Shown: piece after piece, positions 52,604-64,000 of the stretch
Numbering within the stretch: position 1 is the stretch's first letter
Layout of the letters: each line of letters begins with the position of its first letter
Source: Marsupella aquatica
Taxonomy: Eukaryota > Plantae > Marchantiophyta
Direction: 5' to 3'
NCBI GenBank assembly: GCA_973895155.1
Contig: OZ316895.1
Coordinates: 19,544,803 to 19,608,802, forward strand
Length of the DNA stretch: 64,000 nucleotides
The notes under the pieces: generated by a model
What the model was told of the DNA's origin: nothing
Database searches by the model: none
The model's input: only the letters and a program-made list of their open reading frames with translations
Made by a program: the position numbers and the translations under genes

Positions 52604-52717
52604 GTTGGGTGAATGATAAAGGTATCTGCACTAGGCAAGATGTGAACCTGCCTCATCCCTGTTGGGTGAATGATAAAGGTATCTGCACTAGGCAAGATGT
52701 GAATCTGCCTCATCCCT
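52604..52717. repeat. 57-bp tandem duplication
   Basis: GTTGGGTGAATGATAAAGG...CATCCCT twice. Confidence 0.9.
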
Positions 52718-53911
52718 GCGACCCCCTCTACCACCCAGCCTGGGGTAGTTGGTTTCCAGACTGATTCGCACAGGTATCTAACCTTATATAAACATTAGGA
52801 ATACTGGGCAGTGAGCAGCCAGGTATGGGGCTAATTGGTAGAACACAATAAAGTAATTCTAGTGTAGTTAACTTAAACCACAGGTAATTCTAGTGTAGTT
52901 AACTCAAAGCACAGCTACCCCTTCAAGAGCTATGGGTTATTGAGAGAATCTAAATTTCACTCTTTCAAGTAAAATTTTCCCAAAGTTGTGGAGCAGACTG
53001 GCACGAAGAGGAAGAATTGAGTGGAATGGAATATGGAAAAAGTGAAAAAGTCTTGGCACAATTTCCCCTTCTATATGGGCAATTGTGGTTTAAAAAGATT
53101 CAACCATGAACACTTGGTCAGGTTTCAATGTCACAGTCCTAAGTCACCCATGGTAGAAACACAATAAAGTAATTCTAGTGTAGCTAACTTGGAAACATTC
53201 AGCAATAACATTCTGTCCGGTTCCTATCACATATCTAGCCCAATTGTAGCATCCTTTCCAACCAGTGATATTGAGTTGAGTCTCTTAATTTGCTCCACCC
53301 CTCCTAGGTAGCGGGGTCTCTTAATTTGCTCCACCCCCTCCTAGGATGGCTACCACAGTCCTCTTGTCGCTCTTAGTCAGATGTGGATGAGGATGTTGAG
53401 GTTAAGTTGAGGATGATAACATTAGTGCAATGATGAAATCTGGTGGGATGGTGTTGAGACAAGTATTTTTTTAAGTGGCAAATTCTGTCAGATTTTTGTA
53501 GTCTGTTAGCCAAAATTTCAACTAACCACAGACCTTATAAAGATAGGGTGGGGGGGTGGGCGGGGGTCTCACTATCCAAAATAAACAAAGGAAGAATATT
53601 ATTAATATCTCCTCCTTTGCAAAATGTAATTTCTATGCAGGTTACCCATGTGTAGCCATTTTTGGAGGCATCTGTTATTTCCACAATCTCTTGCCTGAAA
53701 GTAACCCTTTTTCAAACACTAATTATATACTATGATGTAAATCTGGGCAAGGGTTCAAGAAAACTCAAAGAACTTCCCAGCTGCCACCTGTAATGTTTTT
53801 CTTCATTTTCTGGTCATAGAGCCTTGGTTTTTTGTAAATAATATCAGTGCCATGGTAAGGCAATGGCTGCTATCTCTCTAGCCATACAGAATTCTGACAT
53901 TAATATGCATT

Positions 53912-54380
53912 GACGAGCCCTATGCCCATGTGTTGCACGACGCAAGGAGGGCCGGCCCATAGGGAGTCGGGCCGGGGCATTTATGGGGTAGTGTGGGGAA
54001 GCACATATGCACCAGGGGTGCCCATTTTCCCCCATCAATGGTCAGGGAAAACAGTCAAACAAATTGAACTATTGTGGATCTTTCCCGCCCAGGAGCTGTT
54101 TTGTATTGGGACTAAGGACGGAAAAACATGAGATCCCTTTATTATAGTTGTAGACGAGCCCTATGTCACTGCATTGCACTGTGCAAGGAGGGCCGACCCA
54201 TAGGGAGTCGGGCTAGGGCATTTATGGGGCAGCGGGAAGCACATATGTGTCAAGGGTGCACGTTTCTTTCATCTATGGTTAGGGAAAACAGTTAATCAAA
54301 TCCAATGGCTGTGGATACTCCCCACCCAAGAGTTTTTTTTGTATTGGGACAAAAGACTAAAGGATCCCTTATTATATAGT
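53912..54380. repeat. Diverged tandem duplication with a unit of about 241 bp
   Basis: GACGAGCCCTATG...GATCCCTTTATTATA at 53912 and 54153. Confidence 0.85.
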
Positions 54381-56853
54381 TATAGATAGATATTGCCACT
54401 TGCTCTAGATTATAAATTCGTCACACTAGCAATTGATAATTAATAAGGTTCAGACCCGCACTCAATCTCGCGACACTCGCGACACCATAACTCTGGTTGT
54501 GAGACCCACCCGAATCCTCTGGCCCCCAACTACGGTAGTGTATCTAGCAGCCGCAGTTACGCCTATGGTAGTGTCTAACCGCGTACTGTAGCAGCGGGTT
54601 TGCACACCGTTCAATGGGGCCAAAATAAGGACAGGTGATTTCGGACCAAGTCCTGTACTCATGTGTTCGGGCTTGTATCTTGTTGCCACCTCGTGCTGAC
54701 TGTGACGGCTGACCTCATGCAAGTACGGGGTGTAATTATGCAATAAACATCTTGGAGTAATGGAGTGCTTCATTATTGTACTCATATGGATGACACCCAA
54801 TAAAGGGCTTATCATATGCGATATGGTCACATGACTCAAACTGTGCTGTACCCTGGAGGCGGTCGACGCCTTCTACTGTAGCTTGATCGAAACTTAGGGG
54901 GGCTTTGCAAAACTCAGTGACATGTTCCTTGAAGTAAAACTCAGTGACATTTTAGGTTTCATATTTTTGGGATGCAATCTTAGCCATTGCTTGATCCAAA
55001 CTTAGGGGGCTTTACAAAACGGTGACAGATTTTAGGTTCCATATGTTCCGGATGCAATCTTAGCCATTCAAATGAGGGACCAGGGTGTACTCTACGTGAA
55101 CTAGGTTTGTGGATAACCATTAGATTCTAGCTAATGGGGTCCATGATTTTGGTGGGGATCTGGCTAATGATACTAAAAAAATCTAGCCAGATTTTGCCAA
55201 CAGTGGCAAACACTTTCTGGGGAGGTAGAATTTGGCAAAAACTAGCACCTACAAAGAATTTGGCAAAAATTTACACCTAATAAATAAACTGCCTCTAGAT
55301 CCAGATTTCAGGTTTCATATGTTCCAGATGCAATCTTAGTCATTCAAATGAGGGAACGACATACACTCTTTACCTGAACTTGGGGCAACAAAGGACTAAA
55401 TAGTCAGATGCTAGTGGGTCCCATTTTTGGTGATGTGTTCCTGTTTCCTTATTAAAACTTAGACCACCTCTAGATCCAATTTTTTAATATTTTTTTGACA
55501 CATTTCAGCTCCAGCATCTTCATTTTAGTGCACTCAATAGTTCAATACTTGTGTGTAGCATAGAAGATGTGTTTGTGTAATGGATATTCTAGCATAAAAA
55601 CTATTCTTGCACAAAAGATATGATTGTGCAAAAGATATTAGTATGTAAAAGATCATGCTAGATAAAATTTAGTCGTGCAAAATATGACAAAAAATGTCAT
55701 TGCCAAAGGTGTAGTTATGCAAAAGATGTTGTGGGGGAAGGATTATGTAAAGAAGTTGTATGAAGTTGTCCTTGCTTAAAAGAGATCATTCTACAAACAG
55801 TTCTTTCAAGATTTCATTGCATAAATGACATTGTTGCATAAAACATGTTATTTAGTAAATAATAACTTACATAGAAGAGATTACAATGCACAAAATGAAA
55901 GAAAAACACAGTGAATATTGAAAAGCAAACAGAAAACAAGTCAAGAAGTTTTTATTCATTTCAATAGAGCGATGTAAACTCTGGTGAGAAGGGGAAGGGG
56001 AATAAAGGGGAGTACATACTTCTATAGGAGGCGAGAGGGGTACGGATTGAGGAATATTTTGTCCCTTGGATCCTTGCCCCCACACCCCACCCCCCGCCTT
56101 TCTTGTTTTCTTGGGCCTTCCCCTCCCCTTTGTGCTTCATAGTCTTTCCTTGGCAGGCATGTGTCAAATTTTGCAATATGACCATGGTTAAAAAATCAAT
56201 GTGTCATGCCGAGGGACAGTGCCTCTTGTGCACATCGGCATGTCCCTCGCATGCCCGCTAGGTATGTAGTTAGGGCTAGTGTACTACTTGAGTTAGCGAC
56301 ATGTTCTTATAGCAAATTCCAGGCATTCTTGAAGAAAACGCGCTTGTTAGTGTGACGCCAATACTTTGCTTGCTTAGGGCACGTCGTTCTTTGTTGGGTT
56401 TCAGTTCTTCTTGAATCGCTGTTGACAGAGCTCAAACAGTGCTCCTCGGTTCCGTACACAGGATTCACACAGTGATTCGTTAGATGCTCCCGATCGATCT
56501 TTGCATCTCACCAGTTTTTGATTCGATTTCAGTATGTTTGTTTCTCTTACGCCTTTTACAGGCCTTGGAGAGGCCTCATCACCTTATCAGTAGCATGCTA
56601 GCAGCTTGGACAGTGGAGAGGCTGGCACTTCTGGCTCTTCAAGCACGAGTACATCAGGTCCTATTCTGAGTAAAAGACAAGGGGGGGATACAGAGGTTTA
56701 CACCTCCACTACGTACATACCACTTCATTTGCTTTTTCTTGGCACTTGTAAATGTGATGGGACTTTTTCTATGCATGTTGGTTGCTAGCAACTTGCATAT
56801 GTGCATGGTCGGTGCCTTGTATGTTTTGGATACACTATGGCTACGATACTATA

Positions 56854-59800
56854 TGTCACGACAAAGGAACTATTTACTGTAGTCTATTGTGCCAACAACC
56901 CGGGTTAACGCTTTGGGGCACGCACGACCACCAGTAAAGGTGAGGTTTCGGGCAACGAGGGGTGTATTGGCCCGGGTTAGTCTAAGTCGGACTATATGTA
57001 TGTATATCTTTACGTATCTACGGACATCATAGGTATGTTTAACTCCATCGTTGGAAGATACTCACAATTAGTGACTTGGACTAACTCCCGGCTTAGGGAC
57101 TTTCAAGCCATTGCCAACAACCAGAACTGACAACGTATTTAGCATACACTTCCTTAGTTACAATCCCAACCATTAGTCCACACCCGGTACGTCCCTTGAA
57201 ATGGTGCCTTTTTCCGAGGCAAGTTATACTCAATACACATGTTACCTAAGCGACTAGTAAGCCTAACTACAGTCGATACCTAGTCTCTACGAGACCCTAT
57301 CTCACACTTGTCCAGCAAACTCAACTCTGGCTCTCATTCCTTAGTGCTCTCTAATCCTACTCAGGCGGGGACTCCCAACGCACCATACAAGCTTCTTCAC
57401 TAAAATAAACCAACAGCATCCGGGCAAAAGGGGGGGTCTTTAATACTACTTGCCAAAGGGTTGGGGAAGATGCTACCTCCCCTGGAAAATCCCTGACTAA
57501 ATACCTAACTAGTTGCAACATCCAACTGTCAATAGGCTGGGGCGGTTGACTGCGATATTGTCAATCACCATCACACGTTGATTGACATCTACACTACGTC
57601 TGATGGTCCTAATTGGTTTTGTCCTAATTATCCTATCTATTGTGCTGCTAATTGGCGCCTAATGATAGATATTTTGTCACTACAATTAACCCAAAAGATG
57701 CCATTGTATCGCTCCTGTCCCATGCGGCTGCCTAACCGCCCCCTTCTCTAACCACCCTTCACGTGTGTTATGCTGCTGGCCTAGGGTTTGTCCCATTGTC
57801 GGGTCGGGACCTCTAGCCGCCTTAGTCAGAGGCATTTCCCGCCCGGTCCCGCTGGCTCACCAACAGCATAACCCAATCTTGCAAGCCCGCCTGCAAGGCC
57901 TGGTTTCCCGAGCTGCCTCCTCTGCCTCATTGGAGGTCCCTTGTATACTTCTGTTTGTAGACGTGCCACCTCCATGTTGAGTACACCAATCATTTTGAGG
58001 TCAGCCTGGTTCTGTGCCAAGCACTTATCCCAATCGGCGATGATGGTGTTCACCTGCTGGGCCACCTGCACAAACTGGTTGTTTAGATCAGCTAGGCTTG
58101 TAACCTGAGCCGCGAACTCCTCTTCTAGTTGAGCTACAACAGCCTCTAGTCCCTTAAGGTTTGCTTGAACCTTAAGTACTTGGTTTAGTCCATCCCGCTG
58201 ATTTGAGACGCGGACTAAATCCTCCTGGTGGGTGGTGGTTGTTGTCTCCAAGCGCTCCACAGTAATTTGGAGGGCCCCGATATCATTTCCCTTGGCCATA
58301 AGCTCATCTTCCAAGCAGGTCATAAGCCACGGGTGATGATCTAACATGAAGAAGGCCAGTTGGAAGTAATGAGCGACCTGTTGGCCAATATACTCCGCTA
58401 GCTCCCCCGACATGTCTTGACTAAACTTTTGGACCAGGTCGTGGGCTAAGGTACCGGGAAGTACTCGGTATTCCTCCATGGTCTTTGACAAAGGTGCCTC
58501 CACGGCTGGGGCTACGACTTCCTCCGTAGTCTGCATAGGAGAAGAAATGAGTTCCTCAGGTGGTGGCAAAATTGATGGTGGCTACGTTGGAGGCAGCGGG
58601 GGTCCACAACGGGAGGCACGGGCGGTGGCCCCTTGTTCACAATGGTCCCAAACAGAGTAGGTGGCAAGGAAGTGGGTTGCAACCTCAGTTGCAACGGAGC
58701 GGGGTTGGGGTTTACCCAAACTTTGGTGGCCGGGGTGCTTGTCGTGCTATCACTAGGGGCGGGGCCGGCGTAAGCCAAGGCTGAGGTGGCAATATTTTTC
58801 CCTCTGACCTCACATTGTTGTTTGTGTCAATCCAGAATGATCGCAATATGACTTTCCAGATAGGTCTTCCCACCGATAAGTAGGCCCGACTTAGCTCGCT
58901 TAAAAGCTCCCCTAAAAACCGGCGACTAAAGAACTTGGCCCAAGTTTGCCGCTTGTACTGCTCCACCTCCATAATTGTGTAGAGGGAGATCTCAAAGCAA
59001 GATTCAATCATGTGCAAGGTGGTCCATATGAAGTTTAGCCACTCCATACAGATCAGGTTGGTACACAAACCTTGCTTGTACCGGTTGTCCGTTTTGCACT
59101 CTGGCTTGAAGTGCTGGGGAGTATAATCCTTATCCCAAATCCGGAGTTCAACTGACACGGGTCCCGTCGGCAGACAAAAGATCTGGGCTAACGAGTACTC
59201 CATGAGAGACAAGGTGTGCCCAATACCTTGGTGGCAGGCGTATCGATATCAAAGTTTGACATGAACTTGTGCGTCTCCCTTGCCCCAAAGACAGTAGGCC
59301 TCTAAGTTACCTGAGCAAATTTATCTAATTGATGCTCTTTGAGATAGTCCGCATGGGCCGGATTCTTGATTGTTGAACTAACACGGATTATCTGCAACAA
59401 GTTTTGCTGCGGACTGGCGGGTCCTTTCTTGGACTGGGTATTGGGGGGGTTGACTGGCGCCAAAGTCGAGGCTAGTATGAGGTTAGGGGTAGTCCGCGCA
59501 AGTAGTTCCGGTCCCTACGTCATCCTAGTCGGCTTCCTTGAATGTTGAGTTTTAAGCGCAAACTTCCATTTCTGGCTGAGTCCAAAGAATACTCAACATT
59601 GCTCACCGCGCATACCTGGGCCTAATTGACTGGTATTCGCTTGGCGAGGATGATAGGCCGGTTAGTAGTTGGTTCCAAAGGAGTAGCCATATCCCAGTTG
59701 AATGTGTTAGAGCTTTCTCCAAGGAAGGTGAGATTTTGCGCTACCTTCCGCTGGCAGTTGATTTTCTCCTCCCACCTCTTGACGCAAGCTGCTGCTCGAT

Positions 59801-60722
59801 GTACCCCAAGATTTTGTCAAACTTTGCTTGAGTTAGCTTTCGGCCGCCCTTCAACTTATAATACTTTGCTGGCACTACTAAAATGGTCTCAGCTACAGAC
59901 CGGAATCCTTCTTGAGTTCATTAATGTACAACTTGGTAATGTAATCCCGCACTTTGTTGTAGTTTGTGTCCTTGGTGAGTGCGACCTTCTTGCAGTTAAT
60001 TTGTGCTACCTTAATCACCAATTGTATGCAGCTTTCTCGGGGCAAGAGTACCAGTAAGTCTCAGACAGCTTGGCGCCTACCTCCCCAACTAGGGTCTAGA
60101 ATCCAAGAACGATAAAGGTCATACTAACCTTCTCAGTCCGTTGGTTGAGTTTGTCTCCCATGCCCCTTTGCTATCACAATGCCGTAGGTCCACAGTTGTC
60201 CACAAAGAGCTCCCAATTTCCTCTGTGTGTCGCTCAGACTAAATCTCACCACAATGCGCGCTTATCCTTTGGTTTCCTTCAATAAAAGTGAGTTTGATCA
60301 AGAGCAAAACTGATGTGCAAGAGAAAACTGATGAGGACTAGGTAACAATGATGGCAATGCGCGAGATAGCAAATGAGTTGCCGCACCACCAAATGGATTC
60401 TTATGAGGGTTCCTGGGCAAGCTCGAGCGTGAGAATATCGAGGGCGGTCGACCGCCATCGCCTGATTGAGCGTGATAGTCTAGGTTCCAGGGTGAATCAC
60501 CATAACAAACTTTTACTCCACCACCATCATAGTACAGTGAACGATCATAATAGTGCGCATCATAATTAGTACTCATTAAATTGACTAACTTATTCCTAGT
60601 CTAATTATAATTGCAAAAACTGCGACTTGTATTGTCCTATCTATATGGATACGGTCCTAATGACCGTATACATCCTAATATGACACTTGCGTCATGTTAA
60701 GTGACACATTGCCCGTGTCACA
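56854..60722 (-). mobile_element. Solo LTR-like element (3.9 kb) of the TGTGACACGGGCAA family with a broken internal ORF
   Basis: Reverse complement starts TGTGACACGGGCAATGTGTCAC at 60722 and ends CGTGACA at 56854; no TSD (CTATA / TAGTC); the left boundary is less certain. Confidence 0.7.
57826..59440 (-). pseudogene. TE accessory protein (globular domain, Pro-rich linker, coiled coil), frameshifted
   Basis: ORFs 58712-59212 and 57826-58569; homologs near 5200-6800 and 35015-36050. Confidence 0.65.
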
Positions 60723-62624
60723 TAGTCCGTGAGTGAAAAAGTCTCATCATTTTGGATGGATTGTTATTGTGATGAGAATGATATCATGGTCACTTTTGCT
60801 GTTGTCAAAGTGTGGGGAGGGCAAATGTTAGAGCACATGGAAGCGAGATGGGTCATGGCAATCACTCTCTAGTGGAGTCCAAGCATGGTAACTAGTGCCA
60901 TAGGAGGGAGTATTCTTATTTAAGTCTTGTTTGCTTTTGAAAAACAAAGCAAAACAAAATCTATGCATTTAAATAAAGCATGAATAAAATATAATTAGCT
61001 TTTGTATATTCAAAGTTTCTCTAACAAACTTCAAGATATAATTTTCAATGAAATTTACTTTTGGTATATTGAATTATTTTGTAATTTAGATTATATATTG
61101 TCATTTATTCTATTTTTTTGTTTTGGGCAGGCAGAGCAGTTTTGTATATATTTTGAGATTGAAGGAGTATCCAGATAGATTTGATGCTAAAAATTCAGGA
61201 TGGATTTGATGGTGCTAAAAAATCTTTGATGAAAGGCCAGGATTACTCGGTCATTTTTATTTGATAAGTGGGTGGCAAATGGTTTTTGGCCTTGAACTGA
61301 AATGCAGAGGAGAAGACTCTCCCCACCCCAATAGCTATATCGTTTCATTCTAAGGAACCAATTTTAGGGTGAGCCCTCACAGATCGAATAGGGACCCGCA
61401 CCACAAGAGTAGAGAGTATTAAATCAGGGCTATATATAGAGTGGGAAGTTCTATATAACCAACTCACTGGCTTATATTAGGGGTTTAGCTTCAAACTGAG
61501 ACGTCCCAGGTTGAATCACCCCCTCTACACAGTGGGATGGGTTTATTGTGGGTAGTCTGTGATGTTCTGATTTCTCCTTCACCCAAGATCAACTTTGTTT
61601 TTGGCCAAATAGGGTATTATTAGAGTGTTTGATCTACCTCAAATTTAGAGTGGGTGAACACTGAGTCTCTTGTGAAGGCCCCTTTATTGGTTAATCATAG
61701 TTATGTTAGTATTAATATTAATATATATAACGGGCATTTCAAACTAGGTGTGCTGTGGAGGTTTTTGGTGACCAAAATGTTGTGGCCCGGTCATGGACCA
61801 AAAATTGATGGTTCCCGTAAAACATGACCGTCCACACAAAAGTGGCTCCACACAAAATGCGGGGGGGCCCTTTGAAAACCCATGATGTGCATTGTTCGAG
61901 AGCCCTTTGAAAACCCATGATGTGCATTATTCGAGAGCCCTTTGAGAACACATGATGTATACGCCAGGGCAATGACAACTTGGTCTGGGGTTACTGGTCT
62001 GTAACCCTGTGGCCATAAAGTGAGGAAATGTTAACCGGCTACAGTCACGATGTTTTTCTGAGCTTTGTGGGAACAGGTTTTGGACACTAAACCCAGTCCA
62101 AACAGTCATTATCATACTTAATACTTGTCCGAAAAAAGATTATTGGACAAAATTTTCTGGGCACTGGATTATGGAATGGTGGCATCTATATAGCATGCTC
62201 ATCTTGGAACATGCTTTATTTTTTGTCTTGTAGTGATCTAAAAGTAAATAAAATATGAGAGCATAGAAGTGTCTGCCAAGAAAAGCACAGTGACCAAGAA
62301 AAGGTACAGTCAAACAATGCTACTATGTGTGCACTTAACTCAGGGTGCCTTATGAATGACACTCCTTTCAATAAAAACCATAAACCTAGGAAAGAAAAAC
62401 ATGAGGAGAACTTAAGAGGCTATGCATTCATGTTCTCCAGCTCTCTCACTCGTGGTGGTGGAGCCTTTGGTTAATCTCTAAGAAAACACATACTTTGAAA
62501 GGGGGCTGCCAAAATAAGTTCAAAACACTCTAGAATACCTAAAACTAAAGGGGTCTAAAAATTAATTAAAAATGTATAGAATACAAAGGCTACCCCTTGA
62601 TAAGGCAGATTGAAATGAAAATAA

Positions 62625-62816
62625 ATGACACAAAAATCTGAATAAGACAAAATCTGAAAAGTGCATTCACCATATATTCACCATATAGCAACTTCAAAAA
62701 TCTGGGCACTGAAAATGGCACTGGAAATACATGACACAAAAATCTGAATAAGACAAAATCTGAAAAGTGCATTCACCATATATTCACCATATAGCAGCTT
62801 CAAAAATGTGGGCACC
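62625..62816. repeat. 106-bp tandem duplication
   Basis: ATGACACAAAAATCTGAATAAG...TTCAAAAA at 62625 and 62731. Confidence 0.9.
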
Positions 62817-64000
62817 GGATTATGGAATGGTGGCACCTAGTAGAAAAGGTTATACTAGGTGACCTTTCTTATGGACAAGAATTACGTGAATAATTAGGGG
62901 GTGTTGTGACCAATCTGAGATATATGCTTGATGGGCCCCCTAGTGAACCTTTCTTACCTGATGGGCCCCTAGGGAACTTTTTTTACCAAGTAGGACCCCT
63001 CTTAATGACCAGTACACCTATTCTTGTGTGGTGCCTACACCTGTCCTTGTGTGGTGTCTACTATGTATGGTGACTCCAAACAAATTGCACAGTTGAACCG
63101 TGCAGTCAACCTTGCATGGTCGACCAAGAAACCACGAAGATGATTCGGGAGAAACCGCGAAAAACGACTGCCGCTGTCGAAACTATGATTTGAAAACAAT
63201 ATGGATTATGTCTTCGGACATATGGATACCAGCTGCCCCTGGTCTTGGTGGTAGAGGGAACTCACTGGCATGGGGCAGGTTCCTGGTTCGAATACTGCTG
63301 GTGACAATGCGTGATTTTTGTCAATCATCCCACTCACTGGCAGCGGGTGTGGGCAGTGGACGGCGAAAAGGTACGGGATTGATTTGGCGGTTATGCCAAA
63401 GAGCGCCAAAGTGGTGATTGTCCCCATCGGCGCAGCGGGTCCGTGGACGCGTGGCCGATTGGTACTAGTGGGGAGCAGTCGAACTGATGCCACGTCCGCG
63501 TCTTGACGGAGCGTCGGGACGCGCCATGAATGCCAAAGCGGGAGCTCCAGTGACCAGTTCTGTCGAGCGAAAGGACAGGATGATGGAGTTTATCAATTCA
63601 GTCGTTTACTGGTTTCGATTGCAGCAGATCTATCATTATATATCGCCTTCAGAGAAGTAGGAATACTACTCGGGTGGTGTTTTATGGCATTCATGATTGT
63701 GTCTCGGCATCGCAACGCAAATCGATTGGGAGCGCAAACTACGGAGTACTTCCCATTTTTTTGGCAGATACTGACGGATACTTTTGCGTATCAGTCTAGT
63801 CTGTCGTGTGGTCTGGTTTCCGTTGACGAGAAGGTTGACGGTACAATTGAAGCACTCGCTTGTGTAGTTTCCTAATTTTGCCACAGAGGTTTGCGGTTTG
63901 ACCCTGTCTTGATGTGGATCAATCTGTCTCGCGAACTACTTTGGATTGACGCGAAGGTTGACGCGAAGGTTGACGAGACGATTTCCGAGCCCCGTCGTTT

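Noticed and set aside
56200-56853. Possible further LTR fragment starting TGTCATGCC
   Set aside because: No matching end, second copy or TSD found in the window.

Overview
Eukaryotic, transposon-dense land-plant DNA (a non-seed plant or bryophyte is my inference from the TE types; it cannot be proven here). In order: (1) 1-4607, a degenerate Ty3/Gypsy LTR retrotransposon whose pol frame carries a DNMT3/DRM-like C5 cytosine methyltransferase C-terminal half upstream of RT and a PHD finger at the end of integrase. (2) 7222-25335, a CACTA/EnSpm DNA transposon carrying a SET-domain (lysine methyltransferase-like) gene between a divergent TnpA-like gene and the TnpD transposase; it contains a near-perfect 8433-bp tandem duplication and a nested MITE. 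(3) 26580-32502, a second, diverged CACTA of the same architecture in the opposite orientation with an almost intact SET gene, cut off by an LTR-like insertion. (4) Several copies of a TG...CA-bounded, ORF-containing LTR-like family (4608-7221, 32503-35014, 35015-36100, 56854-60722). (5) A degenerate PIF/Harbinger element (about 37.6-41.1 kb). (6) One intact 11-exon host gene (RRM + RS-rich + coiled-coil, 45388-51380, minus), plus many small tandem duplications. The main theme is transposons of two classes that each carry chromatin writer/reader domains: SET in CACTA, and DNMT plus PHD in Gypsy. All domain calls come from motif recognition by eye, not from database searches.
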